NCBI RefSeq assembly: GCF_004010195.1
Contig: NC_057719.1
Coordinates: forward strand, 60,670,581 to 60,723,867
Length of the DNA stretch: 53,287 bases
Reading direction: 5' to 3'
From: Chiloscyllium plagiosum
Taxonomy: Eukaryota
Below, one piece after another: positions 1 to 13,614 of this stretch. The stretch's first letter is position 1; each line of letters opens with the position of its first letter. The notes under the pieces were generated by a model that worked only from the letters and a program-made list of their open reading frames with translations, was not told where the DNA came from and did no database searches. Position numbers and translations under genes: made by a program.

Positions 1-116
1 GGGAGAAAGAGAGCGAGAGAGCACGAGAGCACAAGGGAGCGCTAGTGCCAGATAGTGAGACAGCCAAAGAGAGGGAGAAAGAAATAAAGAGAGAGAAATA
101 AAGAGAGAGAAAGAAA

Positions 117-147
<31 letters not shown>

Positions 148-197
148 CGCAAGAGAGCGCGAGCAAAAGAGAGAGAGTAAGAGAGTAAGAGAGAGAT
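1..197. repeat. GA-rich low-complexity / (GA)n microsatellite
   Basis: Near-pure purine tract of gaga/gaaaga units. Confidence 0.9.
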
Positions 198-319
198 ACG
201 TGAGGTAGAAGTGTTTGCCACTTCATGCATGTACACATCCAGCTGAACACTTCAGACAATCAATTCAGACATCAGACATTTTAAGCCAGCAACCAGCCCT
301 CACACATGGTGCTTGACAT

Positions 320-745
320 GAGGCCCCTTTTGGTCAAGGCTGACCCTGGGTTGCATCCTCACTGTTCTAGGTTTCTGCTTCCCTGAAGCAACATCGCTTG
401 TGACTGATGAAACTAATACTGGAGTGACAGTTGCAGAGGTCGCATCTGTAAGTGCTCATTGATCTGCAAGAGCTGCTGCACTCCTTCCTTCATGCCCACT
501 TGTCTGCTGCAGCACTCATCAATTTCTTTTCCCGGTATTTTGAGGTGTTGGTTCAGGGTGCTTCTCCATCTTGTCAGCTGCAAGCCTTTCCCAGAACTCC
601 GTAACGATATCAAGCGCCTTCATGTCCCTCATGCAGGCATCATTATCAGGCAGCTGGGGATGCCCAGTGGGTCTCCTCCTGGATGTGAGCTCTCTATACA
701 GGATATCCTTGGGGATGCGGCCATCCTCCAAAGACATAGCCCAAA
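320..745 (-). mobile_element. RTE-clade LINE 3' fragment
   Basis: Minus-strand translation gives EDGRIPKDILYRELT..RRPTGHPQL..DACMRDMK..WERLAAD, followed by a C-terminal zinc-finger-like YRCDLCNCHSSISFISHKRC, as in RTE ORF C-termini. Confidence 0.8.
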
Positions 746-830
746 GGAAAAGAAAGTTCATGGACAGGGACTTGGAGGTCTTAATGGATGGGATGGTGGG
801 AGGAAGGGCAGTCCTTCACTCCTTTTTCCA
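746..830 (+). pseudogene. Myb/SANT-like DNA-binding protein remnant (Harbinger second ORF)
   Basis: KRKFMDRDLEVLMDGMVGGRAVL resembles the N-terminal helix of Harbinger/NAIF1-type Myb/SANT proteins; it lies convergent with a Harbinger transposase relic. Confidence 0.45.
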
Positions 831-1399
831 GCTGACTATTACCAGGTCCAAATTGCAGCCTCTTGCAGGTTTAGTGCTGTCCTCAGAGGTGCTTAAAACT
901 TTCAGGGCAACTAGCACCTTAACTCTTCTGTCTATCATGAGATGAGACATTTAACTGCGCTACTCTTAGATATAGTATTCTGAAGGAAGCCTTAACAGCT
1001 TGTGTGCTTAACTTCATGAGATATTAGTGCAATGTCTTAGTGACTGCTGCTTTTCTCCAAACAACCAATATGACACAATGCAGATACTTGAAAGTAGGAT
1101 CATAGGACGCATATCAGATTAATAACTAGACATTAATTCAGCAATACAAAAGGTTAAGGATTATAAAAATACCAAGGTCTACATGTACTTTACATGAAGC
1201 AAGGTTGCTTGCCATATTACAAATATTACAACTGAATAATAGTGAAACACAATTTATTTTTTATCCTGGAACCAGGTTTCAATTGTTACTTTTGGCCTCT
1301 AGGACTGATGTATTGGTCTGTCATACTTTCTTTGACTGCCTTCTCAGTTAATGTCCTCATCCTCATTTGCTGAAGTGTATTATTATTCACCATTTCATT

Positions 1400-2320
1400 G
1401 GTATCCAAGACATCCCCTTTAATGACTCTTGTGTAAAGGTTATGCGTAACACATTGAAACAGGAAACTCTTTGTAGGTTATACCGCAAAGACCTGCTAGA
1501 ATGGTTCAGACATAGAAACTTCATCTTTAGGAAGCTGATGGTCTGTTCCACTGGCCCTGATAGCAAAGTGAGTAGCTCTGCATCTTTTTAAAAGGATTTG
1601 AGGGAGTAATCCTTGCCTGCCAAAAGTGATCATGTATGGCCCAAGACATGTGGAAGGAGGCAGGAACTTTTGAGTTCTTCTTTTAAAAAAAACAGTCGTG
1701 GCAGCACTCAGCATATCTGCTGCAGACCTTCACAATTTGGATCAATGGTCCAATATAATTTTAACACTGATGGAGTAGAAGATTTCCTTGTTGAGCGATA
1801 CTTCAGGTTGGCGACAGGGTACAACTGATTGTGCCCAGCACCTGTGGGTAACCAGTGATCATACAGCATCCCACTGGCTGAACATGACTTTCGTTATCAA
1901 TTGGGAAAGAAATCCAGGGTTGTGTTCTACAGAGAGTGGCATCAGTTACATCCTGGATGCATTTTGGGTAAAAGATTGAGACATGCTACAAAAGGTCTCT
2001 AATTACTTCTTGAAACAAGTTGCTGACATAAAACTTATGCGCAGCCATGCACCTGACAGCCACTAAGACAGGATGGCCATGCAATCCTCATTCTCAAATG
2101 CATCCACAGGCAATTGCTGTTATTCTCCCATTGACATCCAAGACATTCACTTGGCAGCTTGAGTTGTGAAGGGCACAGTATGACACAGTGATGCAGGACA
2201 CCCCTTTCTAGGCAATACTGCATGAGCGGTCCAAACATGGAGAATTCATCTGTAGGACACAAATGGTCTGTTGCAAGCACAAGCCCTGCTCCAGTAGGTG
2301 ACACAATTCAATAATAATGG
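1400..2320 (-). mobile_element. Degenerate Harbinger/PIF (HARBI1-like) DDE transposase
   Basis: Collinear frameshifted motifs on minus: ELCHLLEQ, GHPVLVAVRCMAAHKFY..FQ, KCIQDVTDA, GYPQVLGTISCT, VCSRYAECCHDCF, LLAGKDYSLK, VEQTISFLKMKFLCLNHSSRSLRY. Confidence 0.8.
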
Positions 2321-2439
2321 GCCAGAACATCCTTTCATGATGGTTGAAGTGAGGCCTGGAAATGCAGGATCTGATCTGATCACTCTCATCCACCTGCTTA
2401 GTGGACCTTCACCTGCTCCTTCTCTCTCTGGAGGATGTG

Positions 2440-3640
2440 GGCACTGGGGTGAAGTGGGACATTGATGCTTACATTAAGAGGCTCAATAGAAACATGGAAT
2501 TGCTGAAAGTCTTCTGTACCAGAGAGACAGCAACACAAAAGGAAATATGGAGGAAGTGAGTATGCACTGCGTAAAAGGAGTAGCCTGCAAATCACTCATA
2601 CTGAAACAAGGTTGTCTGGGGGCTCTGGCCGACACTGGAAGTTGATCTTCTTATCGTACTTCCTGACAAAGTATTAATTGAGGTCTCCATCTACATGTCT
2701 TTGGAGTGCCACCAATGTCTAAGTACACAAGACACGATGATCTCCATGTGAGATCAGTGAGCACAAAAGCTGTCGGTAATGGCAAAAAGATAATACAAAT
2801 GTATTGCAGAAACTCCTGATTCCTCACATCTAGCATGGTAAAGCCTCACTTTATGCAATCACACAAAGGGGGTAACTGTCATACTTCTAAAAGAAGCTTG
2901 GAGGTATATGATCTTATCCAAATGAACTTCGCACAATCAACATTTTAATTCTTTATTTGTAGTAGAATTATGTCAGTAATTCATTATATTAGCTATCCAC
3001 ACTTCAAATAAAAGTTTCCCTTCCATGTCACAGGCCATCTTTGGATATTTACCATTTGGTGTGCAAATGTGGTAGCTGCAAAGCGCTGTCTCCCAGCACT
3101 TGCTATAGAATGGGGCTGTCAAGTGGAAACCTCAGGTTCCACTTGTAAGTGCCTTGCCCTCATTACAGCTGCTGATCTGACATGATATGGAGGCAATTAT
3201 TATGTGGTCATGATTACTTGAGACCATCATGTTTAATATGTATTCTTGATTATGAATCATCTGCTAATTGAAGTTCAAACTGAAGTCAAATGGATTGCAC
3301 TAGTGTATTAGTGGTGGGACAATTACTGCAATTGCTTCGAGGAGGGCCTCAAAATTCAAAAGATTTATTCTGCTCCAAAGAAAAAGCAGTAATTTACTCC
3401 ACACACTATGCATGCAGTGCAAACCATTGTGCAATTATTGTACAGTTGACTGTCAATGTAGCATGGCAAGATTCCAACCTTGTTTCAGTATGAGTGACTT
3501 GCAGGCTTCTCCTATTAGGCAGTACACCTCAAATCCTCCATATTGTCATTGCTGTAATACAGAAGACTTTCAGCAATTCCATGTTTCTATTGAGCCTCTT
3601 TATTGTAAGCATCAATGTCCCACTTCACCTCAGGACCCAC
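2440..3640. repeat. ~170-bp inverted repeat pair (2440-2614 and 3475-3640)
   Basis: tacagaagactttcagcaattccatgtttctattgagcctctt and caaccttgtttcagtatgagtga occur on + in the right arm and as reverse complement in the left arm. Confidence 0.85.
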
Positions 3641-4287
3641 AACTTTTGAAATTTCCATGAGGCCAGTATGACTTGTTTGAATTTCCCTTTCCAGAGTGCC
3701 CGGTTCCGTTCTATTCTCCATGGTGTCCTGCGCTATTACCTACAATTGCCCTTATTACAATCATCACTACCTCAGCAACCCACTACAATAATGCCAATCT
3801 CAAGAGTTGGATATTTTTCTTTCCCCAGGAATCCATGGACTGCCCTCTGATAAGCCTAATGTTCATTTAACAAACTCACTGGTTTGACCATGGTCTAGCC
3901 TATACTGGTTTGGCAGAACAATTCCAAAACATTATGGCACACCCATGGATCGATGTTTTCATAGCATCCTGATTGGCTGGCTTGTAATCGCCAGGGGGAT
4001 TGCACTTGACCTGCAGGACTTACTGTGGCACAATCTCTGTATTGCAAAGACATGGATCCCCATACTCTGGTAGGATAAAAAAAATCTGATTTCTTATAGA
4101 CCATCTCCTGTTCTGGAATCAGACAATCGCCTTGACCAATTGTGGGAGTATACCCAGGCTAACCGTAGATCTCCCTTCACCACAATAAAATTGATCCCAT
4201 TTGACTTTCAGATATAACCATTTGTTTGAATCGCATGCACTGCATTTGACATATAAACTGCTGGCACAATATTGCAGATGTGATGTC

Positions 4288-4668
4288 AATTATACAAAAC
4301 GCTGGTGCGGCCACACTTGGAATATTGTGTACAGTTTTGGTCACCCGATACGGGAAGGATTTGGAAGCATTGGAAAGGTGCAGAGGAGATTTACCAGGAT
4401 GTTGCCTGGTCTGGACGGAAGGTCTTATGAGGAAAGGCTGAGAGACTTGGGTCTGTTCTCATTGGAAAGAAGAAGGCTAAGAGAGTATTTGATAGAGACA
4501 AATGTAGTCAATTCAGCCACATTAGGGAGATTTAAACAAACTTTAGATAAGCACATGGATGATTTTGGAATAGTATAGGGAGACGAGCTGAGAATAGTTC
4601 ACAGGTCGGCACAACATCGAGGGCTGAAGGGCCTGTTCTGTGCTGTATTGTACCATGCTCTATGTTCT
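4288..4668 (+). mobile_element. CR1 LINE 3' fragment with internal deletion
   Basis: [38 protein letters not shown]1-type tail ending ctctatgttcta. Confidence 0.9.
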
Positions 4669-4929
4669 AACTTAGCACGATACTGCACAGTGATATGTCC
4701 ACCCTCTATTTGATTGATCAATTAATTGTTCAGTGCTCCCCACCCTGACAAATTGCCTGGATCTCCCTGTGTGCCTAAAAGCAAATCAAGGCTATAGAAG
4801 CTGCCAACCTGTAAGTGAGCATTAACAACCCTGTGCATTAAAAAAACATTATGAGCCACAGAGGCTGGCAAAATGTAACATTTTCTTTTTAAATGCCAAT
4901 CACACTTCTTCCTAATGTTCTGCTGTAGA

Positions 4930-5300
4930 TTTACCCTCAACTAATTGTCCCTAGTTTACTTTGTTTATATCTTGCATTTTTTAAATAAAACCTGCCTTGT
5001 CCAATCTAAAATCCTTTCTTCAAACCCTCTTGTGCCTTTTCCATTACAAACTCAAATCATATCATGTTGTGATTGCTATCACTAAAATGCTTTGCCACTA
5101 CCATCCTGAACACCTATCCTGCTGCATTCCCCTGAATTAGGCACATCACTGTACCATCCTTGTTAGACCTTCTCCATATTGAAAGAAAAAGCTCTCCTAA
5201 AAACATTTTCAAGTAACCTTTTCCTCTAAACCTTTATACTATGACTATCCCAATTAATATTCGGTAGATTGAAATTGCCCAACATATTAACCCTATTTTT
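4930..5300 (-). mobile_element. Degenerate CR1 LINE endonuclease-region fragment
   Basis: Minus strand reads GNFNLPNINWD (GDFN.P.IDW motif) plus decayed downstream ORF2 sequence. Confidence 0.6.
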
Positions 5301-5349
5301 CTTTTAATTATTACTATTTCACATATTATTAAAAAGGGACATAATTGCA

Positions 5350-5932
5350 TATAAGGCAGCTGAGAGAAGACTTGCCAGGCTGATTCCTAGGAGGAAATAT
5401 TGAGTAGGTCAGGCTTATATTATTGGAATTTAGAAGAGTGATAAGTGATCCCATTAAAACAAGATTCTGAGGGCACTTGACAGAATAGATGCTAAAAAGA
5501 TATTTCTGCTTGGAGTAACCTAGAAAAGGAGGTACAGTTTCAAATTATAGCATGCCCATTTAAGGTGAAAAGGAGGAGGAATATTTCTCTCAGGAGCACC
5601 AGAGGCTGGGTCATTGAATATATTCAAAGCACTGGATGGATATTTAATTAACAAGGAACTCAAGGTTATGGCAGTTAGGCAGGAAGGTGGAGTTAAGGTC
5701 ATATCAGATCAACCATTTTCGATGTTCATTTATTTTGCCAAGACATATAAAGTTATGGGTTAACTGCTAGAAAATAAAATTAGAATAGTTAAGTTATTGT
5801 TTTTGATCAGCACTGACTTGATTGGCTGAAAGACTTTTGCTGTGCTTTAGACCTCTGTGACTCTTTGGTCTAATTGACTGGAGGCAACAGGCTTGAGGGA
5901 GCCAAATGGACTACTACTTCTTATGTTCTTAT
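5350..5932 (+). mobile_element. Degenerate CR1 LINE 3' fragments
   Basis: Decayed ttggaatttagaaga...ataagattctgagg...gatagat ORF2 end and several tail pieces (cttatgttctta). Confidence 0.65.
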
Positions 5933-7774
5933 TTAACACATTGGAAAAAGAACAATAGAAGAAAAATCACAGTGCAAGCAAAATTGCTTTGTACTGTACA
6001 ATTTGGTAGCATAACGTTTAGTCAGCATCACATTACATGAATTGAAAACTTACAAAACTTGTTGATATCTCAATTCCCACGTGGAGACAGGAATCTTGTC
6101 AATATGCAAACAGTTTTGGTTAAAAACCTTTCTAATACATTGTCAAATTATCTGAATCAACATTTAACATTAGAAAATTAATCCTTAACTCTAAATGTGA
6201 AATTTTGTAGAAATAAATGTATATTTATTTTTATCCAAGTTGGATAGTAATAGTTTGAAGTTTTGAATCTTATGTTTCAACTCATTTCAATGTATTTTTA
6301 AATACATAAAAAGAAACAAAAGACTGGTCCATCTGGTCGGTTTATACATCCATGATACCGTCTACATCTGCCAATGATCTAAACTATATTCACAGTTTGT
6401 CTGGCATTCCAATGTATTTGGAGATGGGGGGAAAATAGGATATCCAGAACCTTTCAGATTCTATATTTACTTTTTCTAATAAACTAATCCAAAAGTTAAT
6501 ATTGCTGTAAAAAAAACTCTTGTACTCTAATATAGTTTGAGGCTGCTTACTTGTTTTTATTTCCTCTTATTTAGCTGAAATAATCTATGTAAATAGACAT
6601 GATCCATTGAATTATTTAAAGGTCACAAACAAATATCTTTGATTATTTTTGTTCTTGTAACTACAAACTTTGCATAATACTGGTGGTCTAATTCTGGATC
6701 TTTTTAGACTTCAATATCTTTTGCCACATAACAACTGACATGAGAGCTCCAATGTTCTTGCTTGGTTGGGAATGTGAAGTTTCGGTTGTTCAATTAGCAG
6801 TCAAAAAAATTACAATCCTTAATTTCACATGGAGGCTACAAAAATGTTCAGCCACCTTTTAAAAATTATGAATTAAAATGAGACAGTTTAAATCACTCTT
6901 AAATAGAGGAGCAATGACTGACTTAATTGGTCTCAGGCCCAGTCACAAGCCTGTATCCGTGTCACTGATATAAGCTTCCTTCCTAGCCTCCGTTTGCAGG
7001 GGGGATTGTTCACAGTGACTGAAACATGTTGGAATCTGACATGCCTTGTAGACCTTTCTAAACATACCTGCCCTACAGCTTGAGCAACTTGATCTTGGAT
7101 TTTCTGAGCTGGAGTCTGAGCTTTTTTTCCAATCACTGAGATCTGAGTCTGAGATAGTTTATTCTCTCAGGGAAGGGGAGATACTTGAAACATTGTTTTA
7201 GGAGGCACCTTAGCTTTCATAGAACTTTAGAGAGTCGGTCAATGGTCAGGGACAAAACATTGTAAGAGTGAATCAAGCATGGAGATACTGCATGCATTTA
7301 CAAAGCAGCTTCAGTCCTTGATTTTCATCAAAAAAATATCGAGGTGCTTGCTACTTGTGTGGATGAAGAGGAGGACAGCAGGATGGATGAGCAAACTGGC
7401 CAAGGCAGCATGGTGCAGGAAGCAATACAAGTAGGGAATGAAAAGGAATTTGCCAGTGCTAGGGAACAACGCAGTCAGGGAACAAATTCCACACCATGCA
7501 GCTGCAACTAGGAATTTCCAAAGTTGTATTGTCTGCTTCCCAGTTGAAGACAGCCCCTCACAACTGGATGCAAACTTGGATTGGAAGAGAGAGTATCCAG
7601 TTATCATAATCTGTATAAGATTAACCACATAGGTAAAACTAGGAATAATGTTTGGCTAAGAGATTTCAAGGAGTTAGGGCTGAAGTTGAAATCTGGACTA
7701 TCAAAGATTTTATCTCTGTCTTGTTGCTTGAGCAATTCATCAATTGGCATTGGCTCAAACAGATTAGTGAGATA

Positions 7775-7900
7775 AAACAAATGCAGATGCTAGAGATCTG
7801 AAACAACAATGGAAAGTGTTGGCGAAACTCAGCAAGTTTGGCAGGATCTGCAAGAAAAAGCAGAGTTAATGATTCAAGTCCAGTGACTTTGCATCAGAGA
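7775..7900 (-). mobile_element. Penelope-like terminal-repeat fragment with degenerate hammerhead
   Basis: gcagatgctagagatctgaaac...gcagagttaatgattcaagtccagtgactttgcatcaga is similar to the copy at 19541-19668. Confidence 0.6.
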
Positions 7901-10900
7901 GATAAACACATGGCTCAACAGAGGTGGGAAAATAATATTTTTGATTCATGGGACACTGGAACATGTATTTAAGAAATAAGTATTTGCCTCTTTAGGGATG
8001 CGCTTCACTAAAACTGGGCTCCAGAGTTCCAGAAAAGCATTTAACTTGGGTTAGATAGGGATTTTAAATAAACAAGGAGGAAGGGGTTGAGCTAAAAGGC
8101 AAAAGAGGAAAAAGAGAAATGTAGAGATGATAGAACAGTGTATTGCATGAATAATGACAGGCAGAGTGGGTCAGAAAGGATTGAGGATCTAAAATAATAG
8201 TGTATCTGCACGCAACGGTCATTAAAACAAAATGTAAATGGCTCTTTATCTGTTCATGCAAAGTATTCTCAATAAAACAGATGATGGAGTGGCACAAATG
8301 TTCCAGTTGCCATGACAGAGACATGAGGCTGAATTTTATGTTCCCTTAGGAATAGCTTGGCACATGGGTGGAGTGTTAAGTTTGAAATAATGTCATGGGC
8401 TTGATTCCAAATGCCTACCTGTACATTTCTGCCCTGCAATTTACTTATGGCAGGAGTTGGATGGATGGCCTACCACCTCGGAACCAGGTGAAAGCCCGAG
8501 ATGGCCAGTCAATGTGCACTTAAGAATGGTTTTAGTCTTGTTTTAATTTCTCCCTTTACCGTTGAAGGCTTACACCAAGTGTGCTGTTTTGCATCTTACA
8601 TTGCATAGGCCGCTGGTGGGCAACTCATAACATAAAATGATAACATAGCCACCATAATTCTTATTATCTCACGATAAAAGTGCATCTAATCGATTTTGTA
8701 AGCATAAAATTCCAGTTCATATATTGAGGGGAAAATATTTCAATTTCAATGAAGTATTTGGTTAGTTTTTTTGTTGATGGCTTTTATTCTGGATTGGGGC
8801 AGGACAGCAACACTGGGTGATAATGTGCTGAATTATATTGGGATTGAAGAAATCCTACAGCCAGCATTGAAAGCAGGAGGTGACAACACTATCACTAATG
8901 CTGGGACCTGAAGAGGCATATTACTGGATCTGAATTAAGTGATGCCATCCAATTCAGGATAGTGGCACGCTCCAAAAGCTGCTAGACCAATAAGAGGGCT
9001 AACAGCTTTGAAGCCTTAATTGTGTCATTGCTAATGGTGGCCATCACTGAGGGTGCAACTGCAGGGGCATGTGGATCAGCGATTCTAGGAGTGGGAGTAG
9101 GCAGGCTCTAGAGGTTGGGATGGAATGTTGTGGTATGGGCAAGTTTTGATGTCTACCAGTGGCACCATAGCAGTGAAGGTGGTCATTGCCATGAGCAAGT
9201 CCCTGTGTGATGAGGAGTGTCCAAAAAGAAAGTAGAGGCTGTCAAGATTTACTGTGTGGGCACCCAATATGATGGTGGGCCAATCCGGAAATGCAAAAAT
9301 GCTTATGAAAGCAGGAAGTGGCTTTGTGAGGTAGCTGATCTGCCAATTTGTCAGTAGCTGGCAAAGTGATATGGTGGCAGAAGGACATCAGACACCTGCC
9401 AATGTCTTGCCATGCAATTTTGTCACCTTTCCTCTTGCCCTGTCCCCAAGGACCCAGAAAATTTTGGCTGATATAGTTTGGGAATCAGATTATCAGAACT
9501 TGTTCAAATTTAAATCAACAGGGTGTTGGAGATGTTGCTAATGTTATCTCTTCTCATCTAAAAGGATTCACTGGTATAGAAATTGAGCAACATTGGCAGA
9601 CTGGTCTTCATGCTTCTGTTTTGTTGTAGTTAGTGGGATAGCTCAGGCACAGTCTCCTTGATGAATGCAGACACCTTTAACAGAGCTTCAAGTGGTGGTG
9701 GATTTAGAGAAAGTGCTCCATAAAAGATCCTTGGTAGATGCAGCTGCCAATTGAAAATCCCTTACTCTTCCTTCTGCAAACAGATTCTCCTCATCATCAT
9801 CATCTGTGCAAGTCATACTGCATCCTAAAAAGTACTGACTGTCATTACAAGAGTCAAGAGTAGCTTTATTTCTCATTTAACCATATACAAATGATACAGT
9901 AAAAATGAAACCGCATTCCTCTGGGACCAAGGTGCTACATGGACAGCAAAAACTACACGATCATACAGAGGTCTCATTATTGAAGCAGCCTTTTTTCTAA
10001 CAGACCCATCAACTCTTCTGACTTCCCTGTCAAGAGGCAGCATTACTTTCAATCAAACATTTTGTAAAACTCCTCCAATAACAGAGTACAGCCATTAATA
10101 TGATTAGTTTATGCAAGTCAAAAAGAGTTCCTCATTCAGCTGATGGATGCTCATTTGTGTGTGTTTAAGAGAGTGCAATAACTGAATGTACATTGTCTAA
10201 AATAGCAGATTATGTAATACCTCAGCATTCCACCTGCATGCTTCTAGCACATGCACCATTCTATTGTTCTCGAAATCAGGGTGTTAAGAAAAGTCACAGA
10301 TGGTTGAAAGCATGTGTCCAGTAGTTCTGCAGTTTTAAGCTTCCAGTCCCTGAGCTAATGCTGCCATGGAATCCATTTCATTACCAACGTTTTGAAGCAT
10401 TGAGTTCTTACAGTCAGTGAATTACTTTGCCTGATCACAAAAAGCCAAAACAAATCAAATTTCCCTCCTATTAATGCAAGTATGTACCTGAAAATCTTTA
10501 GTTGGAAGTACAATATTTTCCAGAAGCTAATGATAAAAAGTTGATATTGCAAGTGTATTTGTTTATTGGAGAATGATCACATCCGTCCAAGATGCATTCT
10601 TTACAAATAGCAAATTTAATATACTGTAACTGCTAAATAATTACTTGCATTTTGTTTTAGCTGCTTCAAGAAGTAGAATTATATTGATATATAGTTTTAA
10701 ATTTGCACACTTCATGGAATATCAGCAAAATGAAGTAACCAAGTCACTTGAATTGAACTTCAATTGAATTGAAATGAAAGGAATAGAATTGTCTTAAAAA
10801 CAATGTAAATATCACTTTGCAAATGCATAGAAATTGTTGGAGAAGTATCAGCAAATAAACAACATCCATCATTATTATGTTAAAAAGAATCAGTTAGGAA

Positions 10901-11151
10901 GAACTATGCATTGAGCTCAGATTCAACATAAATTGATGGCCTGTTTGTGTTACCCATTCTTAGCCTGGATAAAATCATGAAAAGTGCAACCCCCAGAATA
11001 AAATTAAATGCATGCCATAAAGGTGAACTTTTCACCTGCAAATATATGAAATTATACTACAATGTGAATTAATCAGGAGATGTGAATTTCTTGACGCTGA
11101 CTCACTCATCTGGTTTTGATGCCTTCAGATAAAAATGATAATTTCAATACA

Positions 11152-12978
11152 AGATGTAAAGGTGCTGGTGTTGGACTGGAGTGGACAAAGTTAGAAATCA
11201 CACAACACCAGGTTATAGTCCAACAGGTTTATTTGGAAGCACTAGTTTTGGAGCACTGCTCCTGCATCAGTTGCTTTGGAAGAGGATCATAAGACACAGA
11301 ATTTATAACAAAAGATTACAGTGTTATGCAACTGAAACGATATATTGAACAAATCTCGATTGCCGTTAAGTCTTTCATCTTTTAGGAGAGGTTGCAGGTT
11401 TCGGTTCATTCATATGTAAATCCCAGAACCTCTTTTATGTCACATTCTCAAGATAACTTAAGATTTTATTTCAAAAAGGTGACATCTCAGCTCAGATAAT
11501 GCATTAAACGTGTGAGGTTAGAGTCTGTCTGTGTTCCAATCTTTAGTCAGACTGGTTTTATTTCCAGAGTAGGAATTTATAAAATATTATATGGATTGAC
11601 TGCCTGCAGATTTTGCACTTTTTGAGCAAAACAGAATGTATCTGCAAATTTAAATGCAAATTCACCCCATAGATTTGTGTGCGTCCATGAGAGAGAGTGT
11701 GCACGTGAGTGTGAGTGCGCATGAAGTGTGTGTTTGCATGTATGCATGCTTGGTATACTGTGTGAGAGCGTGTGATGGAGTTATATGCCTGTGAGAGTGT
11801 GTGCGCGTGAGAGTGTGCGCATGAGTATGAGTGTGGGAGGTGTGTATATGTTATAGGAGAGATAGCATGTGGATGAGAGAGGATCTGCATGAGTACTACT
11901 TGCTGCGTACATGATAGGTAGTGTATGCAGCAGGTACTCATGTGACTCAGCCAAATTTGTCTACCTCATAGGCTGTAGGAAAGGATGCCCTGAGGCATGA
12001 TACATTGGCAAGACCAAGCAGACGTTACAACAACAGATGAATGGACACCATGCAATACATCATCAGACAGGGGTGTTCCCTCCCAATCAGGGAACACTTC
12101 AGCAATGAGGGACATTCGGCCTCAAATTTTCGGGTGACCATCCTCCAAGGCTGACTTGAGGATACGCAACAACGCAGAGTGGCAGGGGAGAGGCTGATGA
12201 GGATGGCCTCAACCAGGACTTTGGGTTCATGTCACACTACAGGTGACCCCACTACACTATACACTATACACTCACTCTCTCACTCACACTTGCATACGCA
12301 CTCACGCAGATCCTCTCTCATACACAGACAACCTGCATTCACGCCCATGTGCACACCCTCTCACAGGCGTATACTCCATCACACTCACACACTTAACCAA
12401 GCATGCGCACATGTAAACACACACTCTTTCATGCGCACTCACATACTAACATGCATGCACGGGCGCACACGCACTCTCTCACATCGAAACACACACAAAT
12501 CTATGGAGTGAATTTGCATTTGCTGAATGATATTTGCAGATAAATCCTATTTTGCTCAAAAAGCGCTCAATCTACAGGCAGTCAATCCATGTAATATTTT
12601 ATAAATTGTTACTTTGGAACTAGAACCAGTCTGACCCAAGACTGGGATATAGACAGACTCTAACCTCACACCTCTAATGCATTGTCTGAGCTGAGATGTC
12701 ACTTTTTAAAATAAAACCTTAAGTTATATCGCGAATGTGACTTAAAAGAAGTTCTGGGATTTACGTATGAATGAACCAAAACCTGCAACCCATTCTAAAA
12801 GATGAAAGACTTAACAGCAGGTTTGTTCAATATATTATTTCAGTTGCATGACCCTCTAATCTTTTACTATAAGTTCTGTGTCTTATGATCCTCTTCCAAA
12901 CCTACCTGCTGAAGGAGCAGTGGTCCGAGAGCTAGTGCTTCCAAATAAATCTGTTAGACTATAACCTGGTGTTGTGTG
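11152..12978 (+). mobile_element. Penelope-like element with GIY-YIG remnant and long inverted terminal repeats, 12-bp TSD
   Basis: Centre (11945-12250) encodes VYLIGCRKGCPEA*YIGKTKQTLQQQMNGH..LPIREHF. Arms ~11195-11890 and ~12270-12980 are reverse complements. Flanked by aatttcaataca at 11140-11151 and 12979-12990. Confidence 0.85.
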
Positions 12979-13614
12979 AATTTCAATACAGACAGCTTTG
13001 TTTATTCCACATGGATTTCACAAAGTTTGCCTCAATCTGTGGTCTGATAACCAGTGCAGTAATTTCACCTTTTTATTTCCTCCTCCTTACAGAACATTTT
13101 AGTCCACAGAAGGTGTCAGTGATTTTAAAAAAATCACATGATGGCAGTTAATATCCAATAATCCATATTTACCACTATCGTAACAAATGAAATAAGTACT
13201 TAAAAGCCATTCTGAGATTAACCTGTGATCTCAAAAAATAAAGTAATGATTGTTTTGCATCCATTGTTGTCTCACTTCAGCTACATTATTCACATCAGAC
13301 CTAGTGCTTTTAAAAGTCATAACCAAAACGTTTGCAATCAATTAAAATGAAGATTAATGGGGATTATTTGTTGAGAATAAGTCCTTTTTTCAAAGGCAAT
13401 GTCTCAGCGGTCTTCAAGATTATTCTAAAGTTAATTATGATTCTCCACAGCATGTCTAGAATTTGATCTGCTGTCAACCATAACCATCTGCTATGAAATC
13501 CATTTACTGTCTCAAAACTGTAATTAACAGAAGAACTGGAATGTGACATTTTTGGAATGCAGTACTGTACAAGATTCCATTCTTTGAATAAGCTATAGAA
13601 TATAAGGATCATTC

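Noticed and set aside
42..236. Hydrophobic Leu/Ser/Phe ORF as a membrane peptide
   Set aside because: Artefact of translating the GA microsatellite.
2780..2836. Next NPAS exon look-alike (NQEFLQYI vs NQEGKFLYI)
   Set aside because: Lacks SLDGF and SETVSIYLGLSQ, and no fitting splice sites were seen.
8326..9467. Non-autonomous DNA transposon with ggctgaatttt / aaaattttggc ends
   Set aside because: Terminal match is too short and imperfect and no TSD was found.
11558..12511. His/Thr-rich ORFs
   Set aside because: Translations of CA/TG-rich tracts within the Penelope arms.
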